Translations under genes and position numbers: made by a program | IMG/VR virus record: IMGVR_UViG_3300012914_000006 | Coordinates: 1 to 28,641 of that record | Length of the DNA: 28,641 nt | Strand: one strand, 5' to 3' | Source: a virus | Lineage: Duplodnaviria > Caudoviricetes | The notes under the pieces: model-generated | What the model saw: the letters and a program-made list of their open reading frames with translations, nothing else | Databases searched by the model: none | What the model was told of the DNA's origin: nothing | In this document: piece after piece, positions 16,453 through 23,314 of the stretch | Layout of the letters: each line of letters opens with the position of its first letter | How positions within the stretch are numbered: the first letter of the stretch is position 1

Positions 16453-16523
16453 TCCGATACTCTGCCTCTGAGCTACCCGAATGCTAGGCAAACGGGAAGG
16501 GACTCGAACCCTTGACCTTCGGA
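16453..16523 (-). ncRNA. Circularly permuted tRNA-like module 1 (YrlA/Y RNA-like)
   Basis: TCCGA AGGTC AAGGG TTCGAGT CCCTT CCCG TT TGC CTA GCA TT CGGG TA GCTC AGAGGCA GAGT A TCGGA. Confidence 0.78.
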
Positions 16524-16526
16524 ACG

Positions 16527-16597
16527 CTCACAGTGCCGGTAATGCTCCGGCAACAGGGTCCGGTTGAGGGACCCCGACATCTTTTGTCAGACTGTGA
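16527..16597 (-). tRNA. tRNA-like cloverleaf, nominal anticodon CAA, non-canonical D- and T-loops
   Basis: TCACAGT CT GACA AAAGA TGTC G GGGTCC CTCAACC GGACCC TGTT GCCGG AGCATTA CCGGC ACTGTGA G; all four stems fully paired. Confidence 0.65.
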
Positions 16598-16727
16598 CCC
16601 CTGAGTCTCGCTCTCAGGACGACAGTGGATCAGACCATCGTGTGCGTAGGGCTGGCCGGCCCTACTATGATCTTCGCCCCGGTTCGACCGATTGTTGTCG
16701 GCCGTCCGTGTGACGATGATCAGTACG

Positions 16728-16795
16728 CGCCCCGTCCAGGTGTCGAACCTGGCTCACTGGGTTTTGGAGACCCGGTGCCTCCCGGAGGACTGGAC
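16728..16795 (-). tRNA. Atypical tRNA-Trp(CCA), 68 nt, minimal D-arm
   Basis: GTCCAGT CCTC CGG GAGG C ACCGGGT CTCCAAA ACCCAGT GAG CCAGG TTCGACA CCTGG ACGGGGC G. Confidence 0.75.
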
Positions 16796-16879
16796 TGGGT
16801 TACCACACGAACAGTTGACGGTCTGATCAGGCGCGATTGCGACGACTCCTGTGTGCCGACGAACTGAACGTGTGGTCCG

Positions 16880-17023
16880 AGGTCACCCGAGGATTCGAAC
16901 CCCGGACACTCCGCTTATGGGCGGCTGCTCTGTCCCGACACACTGACAACCATCATCTGGTTGCCGCCCTCCGTCGAGGGTGCCCCTTACAGTCAGGCGG
17001 CGTGGCATCTGAGCTAGGTGACC
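16880..17023 (-). tRNA. tRNA-like gene (CAT in a 6-nt loop) with an 80-nt D-loop
   Basis: GGTCACC TA GCTC [80 nt] GAGC A G CCGC CCATAA GCGG A GTGTC CGGGG TTCGAAT CCTCG GGTGACC T. Confidence 0.72.
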
Positions 17024-17029
17024 ATGGCG

Positions 17030-17107
17030 TCCGTCCACCGGGCCCTAGTCAGTCGCGGTGACCGATGTGACCTTTAATGGGGGCTCACGGGATGCCCGGT
17101 GGACGGA
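17030..17107 (-). ncRNA. Structured element: 14-bp stem enclosing two small hairpins
   Basis: TCCGTCCACCGGGC / GCCCGGTGGACGGA; inner GTGA..TCAC and TCGGTC/GACTGA on the minus strand. Confidence 0.5.
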
Positions 17108-17215
17108 GCGAAGGTGACCAGGACTTACACCGTGAGGCTGCCTGGAACGTCTGTTACGACGTGCGGAGAGCAGATGATCGGCGACTGGCGCTCTGATCTC
17201 TTTGCTTCCCGGATT

Positions 17216-17224
17216 AGTGTAGCA
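17216..17224 (-). promoter_or_regulatory. Extended -10 promoter candidate for the RNA array
   Basis: TGC-TACACT just upstream of the first structured element; no consensus -35. Confidence 0.45.
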
Positions 17225-17260
17225 CAGGTGCACAATACCCCGTGACCTGCGATAACGCGG

Positions 17261-17542
17261 TTACTGACGACGGAACCTCTTGGACTTGGGCTCCGGTTCG
17301 ACGGGCGGATCGACTTCCAGGGGCACCTGGTCCATGCCCTCGATTTCCGGCTGGCTGATGACCAGGTGGACGGCGGCCGGGCCGAACATGTAGATCCGAC
17401 CAGGACGAAGGGGGGAGGTGACCGAGTGGCCGCCCCCTTCCATCACGGTCCACGACAACGAGGCGAAGAACTCAGGGTCGTTGAACTCACGAGGGACCAG
17501 CGGGGCGAAATCCGCTGCCCAGACAATCAGAAGGTTGTTCAC
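17261..17542 (-). CDS. Hypothetical protein (93 aa)
   Basis: GTGA overlap with the upstream ORF; AGGGG RBS. Confidence 0.7.
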   Translation of the reverse strand: MNNLLIVWAADFAPLVPREFNDPEFFASLSWTVMEGGGHSVTSPLRPGRIYMFGPAAVHLVISQPEIEGMDQVPLEVDPPVEPEPKSKRFRRQ

Positions 17543-18084
17543 ATTCCCCTACCTTCCCGGGCGGCCCGCAGACGACGAAGGGTGACCTGGCCGCCGGGGA
17601 CCTCGTACGTGCGTTCGACCCACTTCTCTCGGTAGACGGTGAGACTGGGTATCGGGGTGTGCGGGACCGAGTCGTCCCGGTGGCCGGGCTGACCCTTGGA
17701 GGTGCCCGTGATCGGACCGTGCGAGGTACGGGTAGCCATCATCCCGCCACTCACGTTCACGGTGGCCTGTTGACGACGAAGGCCATACCCGGCCCCTGGC
17801 CCGTTGGACTGGCGCAACTCGGCCTGGACCGCCCGTTCCTCGGGCCCCTGTTCCGCCGGGGAATCTGAGGAAGGCTCAAGTTCCGTGGAGATATAGGTTG
17901 ACAGGGCACCCTGGATGAACAGGGACCCGTCGGGCCGACAGACGACGTTGCCCAGGGCGAACAGGTCCCGGTCACCGTACCTCTGGCGGAACAGTTCCAC
18001 TTCCTGGGCCTGCTTCACGGACAACTCGGACACCAGGATGAGGGACGGATCGTCAACAGACGGGGTCAAGATCAACTCAGTCAC
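17539..18084 (-). CDS. Hypothetical protein (181 aa)
   Basis: Overlapping start/stop junctions on both sides; GAGG RBS. Confidence 0.65.
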   Translation of the reverse strand: MTELILTPSVDDPSLILVSELSVKQAQEVELFRQRYGDRDLFALGNVVCRPDGSLFIQGALSTYISTELEPSSDSPAEQGPEERAVQAELRQSNGPGAGYGLRRQQATVNVSGGMMATRTSHGPITGTSKGQPGHRDDSVPHTPIPSLTVYREKWVERTYEVPGGQVTLRRLRAAREGRGM

Positions 18085-18358
18085 CTCGATTCGCGGTCAA
18101 GAGGGTGGTCGGGACGTACTGCTGAGGGTTGCCCCGGGCCACGCCGATCCGGTGGACGGTGGTCTTGCGAGGGTCCCGCCAGGCCTCCGGGTTGTTGGAC
18201 GTGGTGGCAGCCTGCTCCCGGGCGGCCAGGGCGTTGGGGGCCGAGACCAGGACGGCGAAGTCATCCCCGTAGTCCGTCCAGTCCGACTGAGGGAGGCCGT
18301 TCCGATCGAGCGACGTGTCTCGGGGGTCAGCCTTGGCGTACAGGCGGTACAAGAACAT
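18077..18358 (-). CDS. Hypothetical protein (93 aa)
   Basis: GAGGG RBS; tight packing. Confidence 0.75.
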   Translation of the reverse strand: MFLYRLYAKADPRDTSLDRNGLPQSDWTDYGDDFAVLVSAPNALAAREQAATTSNNPEAWRDPRKTTVHRIGVARGNPQQYVPTTLLTANRGD

Positions 18359-18367
18359 GAGAACCCC

Positions 18368-19165
18368 TCACTTCACCTTGGTCACGGTGCAACGGGACAG
18401 GGTCTTGGATGTGTCGGTGAGCAGGTTGTCGTAGTCCGTGCGGGGCGAGGAATTGTCGTAGGACCACTTGGCCAGGGTCGGGTGGATGTGGATCCAGGGG
18501 AGAACGCAGGACTGGTCTTTGGCCTCCAGGACGCCGTGTTCCTGGAGGGTGGCGAGAGGGGTCCGGGCCGGGTACTCGTCGCCCACCTTGGCCTGGGTCC
18601 AGACCTCCTGGACGACCAGTTGAGGGGTGCTCGATGCCCAGGACAACGGGCGGGTCGTACTGGCCGTCGCACCCTCCGCCTTCTCCTTGGCCCTGCCGGG
18701 GGTGTTGGCCCAGAACGCCCGGGTGCCGTCGCGATTGATCCCGAGGTATTGCATCCCCATCGGGTCGCCCCCGACCTCCTTGACCAACCGGGCACCCTCG
18801 GGGACCGCTTCCTTGCGGCCGAATAGCTGGCCGACGTAGGCCCGGGGCTTCGGTTCCGGGACCGTGGTTCGCTGGGTCTCGTGGACGAAGTTGACGCCGT
18901 CCGGATAGGCCTCACTCACCCGGCGGATCTCGTCCAAGGTTTCCTGGCTGATCTGGACCGAGGCACGGGGCACCCGGACGTCCGTGGTGAGGGTCTTCGG
19001 GGTGAAGACGGGGTAGTCCGTGACCGGACGGACCTCGGGGGTCGGGGCGATCTTGAGCAGGCGGAGGACGGAGCGGACCTCGTCGATCCGGGCCGCGACG
19101 AAGTGAACCGACAGGGTGTCGCCCCCGCCGAACAGGTTCTCGGACCGGGTGACCTTGAGTTCCAT
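18368..19165 (-). CDS. Hypothetical protein (265 aa)
   Basis: TAAGGAG upstream; strong G/C third-position bias. Confidence 0.8.
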   Translation of the reverse strand: MELKVTRSENLFGGGDTLSVHFVAARIDEVRSVLRLLKIAPTPEVRPVTDYPVFTPKTLTTDVRVPRASVQISQETLDEIRRVSEAYPDGVNFVHETQRTTVPEPKPRAYVGQLFGRKEAVPEGARLVKEVGGDPMGMQYLGINRDGTRAFWANTPGRAKEKAEGATASTTRPLSWASSTPQLVVQEVWTQAKVGDEYPARTPLATLQEHGVLEAKDQSCVLPWIHIHPTLAKWSYDNSSPRTDYDNLLTDTSKTLSRCTVTKVK

Positions 19166-19187
19166 CAGTTGATCTCCTTACGGTTAG

Positions 19188-19700
19188 TTAGTATTGCGGG
19201 ACGAGGCGAAGGAGCTGACGACGAAGGGCCGCCATGTGACGGGCATAGCGTACCACGACGTCCGGGTGCGTGGCAAGCCAGGGCAACAGTTGCAAATGGA
19301 GCTGGATGTACCGGGCGACGGACTGGTGGGGCATCGGGGCATCGTGGGAGAACTGGATGCCCGTGGTGCGGTTCTCTTGGGCCAGGGCGTCCAGGATGGC
19401 GTATGTCCAGACCTTGAGGACACGGGGGATGGAGATCGGGTCGCCCTTTGCAAGTGCAACGGTGCGGTAGTCCAGCAGGCTGACGGTGTGCATGTCGGTC
19501 GGGGCCTTGGAGCCAACCCACCGTTCGGCATCCCGGTCCCGCTGCTCACTGAGGAACTGAGCACTGCTCACATGGGTGTACAGGTGGCCGATGTCTCGGA
19601 GGACCTGGGCGAGGGTGTCCAGGTGAACCTGGCAGAGGTGGCCCGTGGTCGAGAGACGGGGGTCCGGAGCGTCGAGAGCCAGGCACAGGTGGCAGGTCAT
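19188..19700 (-). CDS. Hypothetical protein with N-terminal CxxC...CxxH (170 aa)
   Basis: MTCHLC...LCQVH; ATGA overlap. Confidence 0.75.
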   Translation of the reverse strand: MTCHLCLALDAPDPRLSTTGHLCQVHLDTLAQVLRDIGHLYTHVSSAQFLSEQRDRDAERWVGSKAPTDMHTVSLLDYRTVALAKGDPISIPRVLKVWTYAILDALAQENRTTGIQFSHDAPMPHQSVARYIQLHLQLLPWLATHPDVVVRYARHMAALRRQLLRLVPQY

Positions 19701-19894
19701 CGGCGTGCCATGCTGACGGCGGTCCGAAGGGCGGACGCCAGGGCGTCGATCTCATCGGCCGTCCCGTCGAAGTGCACTCGGACCAGGTCACCCTCGTACC
19801 GTACGACCACGTGGATCCGGGGCGTCATGTCGTCGTCTGACAGGGTGGTCGAGCACGGGACCGGGGTTCGCACCTCGGCTGATTCCACGAACAT
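19697..19894 (-). CDS. Hypothetical protein (65 aa)
   Basis: GAAGGAG RBS before ATG 19894. Confidence 0.7.
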   Translation of the reverse strand: MFVESAEVRTPVPCSTTLSDDDMTPRIHVVVRYEGDLVRVHFDGTADEIDALASALRTAVSMARR

Positions 19895-19915
19895 GTGAGA
19901 CTCCTTCACGTAACT

Positions 19916-20170
19916 GGAACTGGATGGAACTGGGCCTGGAACAGGGTACGGAACTGGGTCTGACCTGCACGGAACCGGATGAACAGGGCAAGCGACAGGT
20001 TGGCGTTCGGTTCGGGGTCAAGGGCGAACAGGCGAGGGACGAAGGTGACCCAGCGTGACAGAAAAGGGTCCCCAGGAGCTAAGTTTGGCAATCGTCCGGT
20101 GCGTCCGGTTCCGTGCAGGTCAGACCCAGTTCCGCATCCGGTTCTGATCCGGTTCCGACCCTGTTCCAGG
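19916..20170. repeat. Symmetric iteron array with a perfect 31-bp inverted repeat; candidate replication origin or regulatory site
   Basis: 19949-19979 is the exact reverse complement of 20104-20134; 19935-47 of 20158-70; GGAACHGG units at ~10-12 or 21 nt spacing. Confidence 0.8.
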
Positions 20171-20202
20171 TCACAGGATGGTAACGGCCATCTGGTGGGC
20201 TG

Positions 20203-20727
20203 TTACTCTGCGTCACCCACTGCCTGGAACCTGTCCCGGGGGTGGCTGTGGGTCCGGCTCAGCGACGCCCAGGTGGTCCAGAGGGACGTTGCCCCGGACG
20301 GGGTCCTCGTGGTCGTCCACCGGTACATGTACGAACCGGTTCGTCCGGTGTCCGGTCGCCGTTCGAGCCAGTCCGACCCTCCGTCGTGACCGTCGACACG
20401 CCTGACCCGGAGGAACCAGTGGCCGTCGCCCGGTTCGGGGGCACCTTCCGCCACGACGAACGGGTACACCCCGGACACCTGGACCCGGTTGTTGTGCTTC
20501 CGGGCCATCGTGGCCTGGTACTCCTCCCACTCCTTGACCGTGACGAACTTGGGCCGCGTGGTCGGGAGGACGGACCGCCCCTTGGTCCCGGGGAACGTCT
20601 CGTTCAGGTGGTCCCGGAGACTCAGGATCTCCTCTTCCGTCAGGACGACCCACCGGGCGTCTTCACCCTCCGGCCCGTTCTCCTCTGTGATCTGGTACAA
20701 CTTGAACGATCCCACGTTGATCGACAT
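20203..20727 (-). CDS. Hypothetical protein (174 aa)
   Basis: GAAAGGA RBS upstream of MSINVG. Confidence 0.75.
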   Translation of the reverse strand: MSINVGSFKLYQITEENGPEGEDARWVVLTEEEILSLRDHLNETFPGTKGRSVLPTTRPKFVTVKEWEEYQATMARKHNNRVQVSGVYPFVVAEGAPEPGDGHWFLRVRRVDGHDGGSDWLERRPDTGRTGSYMYRWTTTRTPSGATSLWTTWASLSRTHSHPRDRFQAVGDAE

Positions 20728-20749
20728 CGTGATCCTTTCATCGGACCCG

Positions 20750-20778
20750 GGCCGCCTGGTCATCGGTGCCAGGCGGCC
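20750..20778 (-). terminator. 10-bp intergenic hairpin
   Basis: GGCCGCCTGG / CCAGGCGGCC. Confidence 0.45.
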
Positions 20779-20789
20779 AGCGAAACTGG

Positions 20790-21098
20790 TTAGAGAAGGC
20801 CCATGCGACGGGCGGGAAGCTCGGACTGGTAGGTCCACTCCCCGTACTCCCGGGCGGCCAGGCAGTCGTGGCAGTGGGCGAACGTGGCGTGGAAGACGGG
20901 GTCACCGTCAGCCGTGCACAGTTCGCACAGGACGCCGGACGTGGTGTGCTCCGGGCCGTAGAGGTGGTCGCCGGGGGTGTCACTGGCGTTCGGGAAGACG
21001 GGGTGCGCCGGGGTGCCGACGTTGAAGGAGACCAGGCCGTCCCGGGTGAAGCCGAAGGTGTAGGGGTTGCGGGTCCCGAGGTCCAGGTTGACGATCAT
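20790..21098 (-). CDS. Hypothetical protein with two CxxC motifs (102 aa)
   Basis: AGGGAG RBS; first gene behind a promoter; CELC and CHDC. Confidence 0.8.
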   Translation of the reverse strand: MIVNLDLGTRNPYTFGFTRDGLVSFNVGTPAHPVFPNASDTPGDHLYGPEHTTSGVLCELCTADGDPVFHATFAHCHDCLAAREYGEWTYQSELPARRMGLL

Positions 21099-21140
21099 CT
21101 TGACTCCCTGTGCTGTGTTCCGGTTGGCCTGACCACGCGA

Positions 21141-21169
21141 ACGTTACGCGGCCAGGCCCCCGGTGTCAA
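21141..21169 (-). promoter_or_regulatory. Sigma-70/HrdB-type early promoter
   Basis: TTGACA-17 nt-TAACGT. Confidence 0.8.
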
Positions 21170-21187
21170 CCACCCGTTACCCATTCG

Positions 21188-23314
21188 TTATGCGGCATAG
21201 GGCAGGGCGTCCTCGAACGACGAATCAATCCTCAGCGTGCCCTTCTTCGGGCTGCCCGTGTGCCATTCCCCGGGGCCCTGGAATGTGATCATCTTGCCGC
21301 CCCAACGTTCCGGGTACACCTCGACGTCACAATCCAAACTGACACCCATAAAGGGCACGCGGAATGCCCCTGCCAATTTGATCAGGGCCTCTTCCAACCC
21401 CTTGATCGGCAGGCTGAAAATGATCTCATCGTGTACGACCATGCGCACGTTCCGTTCGTACCCGAGGTCCCAGCACCGGAGCAACGTTTGCACGATCAAA
21501 TCCCGTGCCGTTCCCTGGCAATAGGAATTGGTGCCCCGGTACTCCTTCTCCGGGTCGCCGGGCACGAAGCGGCCAGAGGGCAGCCACACGTCGTCACTGC
21601 TGGTCATACGCCTGATGAACCGGCGGCCCTCGGGGTACTGCTGGTAGAACTTGTCCCGCTGCTCTTTCACTCGTTCGGCCCTGATCACGATCCCATCAAG
21701 GTCGTGTAGCTGAGTGGCAATGGTGCCCGGTCCGCCGCAGTACAGGCAACCGCCCAGGATGATTCGCTTACACACGGCCCGATCATCCTTTGTCCATCCC
21801 GACCCATAAAGGCGGTCGGCGACCGTGCCATAGACGTCCTCTCCGCCGTTGAATGCGTCGATCAGGGGAGAACACTTACTGGCAGCGGCGAACACCCTGA
21901 CCTCGATCTGGGACTGGTCAATGGAGACGATCACATTCCCAGGCTCAGGAATAATGATTCCCCGCGTACCGTTAGTCCGGCTAAAGGTTTGGACGGCAGG
22001 CTCCTTCACCGTCCATCGGCCCGTCTTGGCCCCCAGGACGTTCGTAGAGGGGTGCACGCGGTCCGAGGGGTCGGACATCTGGAGCATACCGCCGACGAAC
22101 GACACGAGGTTCTGGGTCTCGGCCGCCTGCTTGATCAGCTCCAGTGCTCGGTAAACCTCCTTACTAACTCCGTCCGGCTCTCCGTCCGGGGTCTCGGGTG
22201 CGTGCTTCGCCAGGTAGTCGGTGACGTGGTTCTTCCCGAGGGCCCAGTTGCCGGACTTGGTGACGGCCCGAGGGTTCCAGGGCATCCCCCGTTCATCCAG
22301 CCACTCGACCCGCTTCGAACTGGCCACCTTGAGGCCCGTCAGTTCGAGGAACTTGGCCTTGGCGTCCTCGTGGACCGGCTCGAACTCATCCATCAGCCCT
22401 TGACCGTGCGCCCGGTCGATCAGGGTCCCGTTGATCTTGACCCGGGTCATCCCCTGCTCCAGGCGGACTTCGGTCTTGAGGGCCGGGTACACGCCCCGTT
22501 CCTTGACCAGTTCGACCTGTTGCGGCCAGGCGACCCGGGCCGTTATTGCATCGAGACCGGCGTACAACTGGAACCAGTGGTCGTCACGAGGGATGTCCCG
22601 CCACCCGGACCAGCCTTGCGAGTAGCCACCGGTCGCCGTCGCACGGGCATCAAGGCGCAAGGGGTACCGGAGGTAGTACTCCTGGACGGCACGCTGCCAC
22701 TTCACCAGCACCTCGGTGCGCCAGATGAACAGGCGTTCGGCGTACTCCTCCTTCGTCTCACCCTTCCGTGGTCGACTCGGGCGGACAGGCTTCCGGGGTG
22801 CCGCGACGGCGAGTTCCTTCCACCTCCTATCCCTCTCGTCATCCACGAACTGGAGTTCGGGCATCCCCAACGAAGTGCCGACGTTCTTCAGGTCGTGGGC
22901 TTCCAGGGGGCCAGGACGGTGCAAGAGGGCGAGGGTCATCCCGGAGTACGAACGGTCGGTGATGTCGATGCCGAGGCACTGGTGCACGGCCTCCGGGTCG
23001 AAGGGGCCCCACGTCGTGTACTGGTGCCACCGGTCTTTGAGGACCTGGTCCACGACCTCACGGTGCGACGGGATGCCCAGAGGGTCTAGGTTCCAGGCCT
23101 CCGTGGTACTGCCGAACTGGATCAACCTCATCCACCGGTCCTTCAGGGGGCCGTAGTGGTTCATCCGGTCCTCGTGGTTGAACGGCCACCCCTCGACGTC
23201 CAGGCCCAGCAACCGGTTCGCAGTCTGCCGGGTCCAGTCATAGAACCGGCCGACGTCCAACGTGGCGGTCTCGTGAATGGTGACCGGCCGCCCGCCCAGC
23301 TTGTAACGGATCAC
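21188..23314 (-). CDS. polA: DNA polymerase, family A (3'-5' exonuclease plus polymerase)
   Basis: ExoI LDVEG, ExoII FD, ExoIII YAGLD; AKTGRW; motif A DQSQIEVR, motif B R...K.......Y, motif C VHDE. Confidence 0.96.
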   Translation of the reverse strand: MIRYKLGGRPVTIHETATLDVGRFYDWTRQTANRLLGLDVEGWPFNHEDRMNHYGPLKDRWMRLIQFGSTTEAWNLDPLGIPSHREVVDQVLKDRWHQYTTWGPFDPEAVHQCLGIDITDRSYSGMTLALLHRPGPLEAHDLKNVGTSLGMPELQFVDDERDRRWKELAVAAPRKPVRPSRPRKGETKEEYAERLFIWRTEVLVKWQRAVQEYYLRYPLRLDARATATGGYSQGWSGWRDIPRDDHWFQLYAGLDAITARVAWPQQVELVKERGVYPALKTEVRLEQGMTRVKINGTLIDRAHGQGLMDEFEPVHEDAKAKFLELTGLKVASSKRVEWLDERGMPWNPRAVTKSGNWALGKNHVTDYLAKHAPETPDGEPDGVSKEVYRALELIKQAAETQNLVSFVGGMLQMSDPSDRVHPSTNVLGAKTGRWTVKEPAVQTFSRTNGTRGIIIPEPGNVIVSIDQSQIEVRVFAAASKCSPLIDAFNGGEDVYGTVADRLYGSGWTKDDRAVCKRIILGGCLYCGGPGTIATQLHDLDGIVIRAERVKEQRDKFYQQYPEGRRFIRRMTSSDDVWLPSGRFVPGDPEKEYRGTNSYCQGTARDLIVQTLLRCWDLGYERNVRMVVHDEIIFSLPIKGLEEALIKLAGAFRVPFMGVSLDCDVEVYPERWGGKMITFQGPGEWHTGSPKKGTLRIDSSFEDALPYAA

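Noticed and set aside
16416-16483. Ordinary linear tRNA built from the D-arm of module 1 and the T-arm of module 2
   Set aside because: The acceptor strands ATTCGGG and GGCCGTC do not pair and the anticodon loop would be 4 nt; the permuted pairings fit much better.
16563-16569. Opal suppressor or selenocysteine reading (TCA) of the CTCAACC loop
   Set aside because: In the 7-nt loop the central triplet is CAA, and there is no long acceptor stem or variable arm as in tRNA-Sec.
16633-17107. Hammerhead, twister, pistol or HDV-like/theta ribozymes among the spacer structures
   Set aside because: I could not assemble the conserved cores by eye (no CUGANGA plus GAAA; no convincing P1/P1.1). A descriptor search is needed to exclude them fully.
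15682-17233. ORFs 15682..15909, 16004..16249, 16625..16867, 16837..17061, 17045..17233
   Set aside because: They overlap tRNA or structured RNA elements and lack RBS and protein-like features.
19906-20170. CRISPR array, or CDS 19906..20091, in the repeat region
   Set aside because: The repeats are 8-mers with 1-13 nt gaps in mirror orientation, with no spacer-sized unique segments or cas genes; the ORF is a low-complexity by-product.
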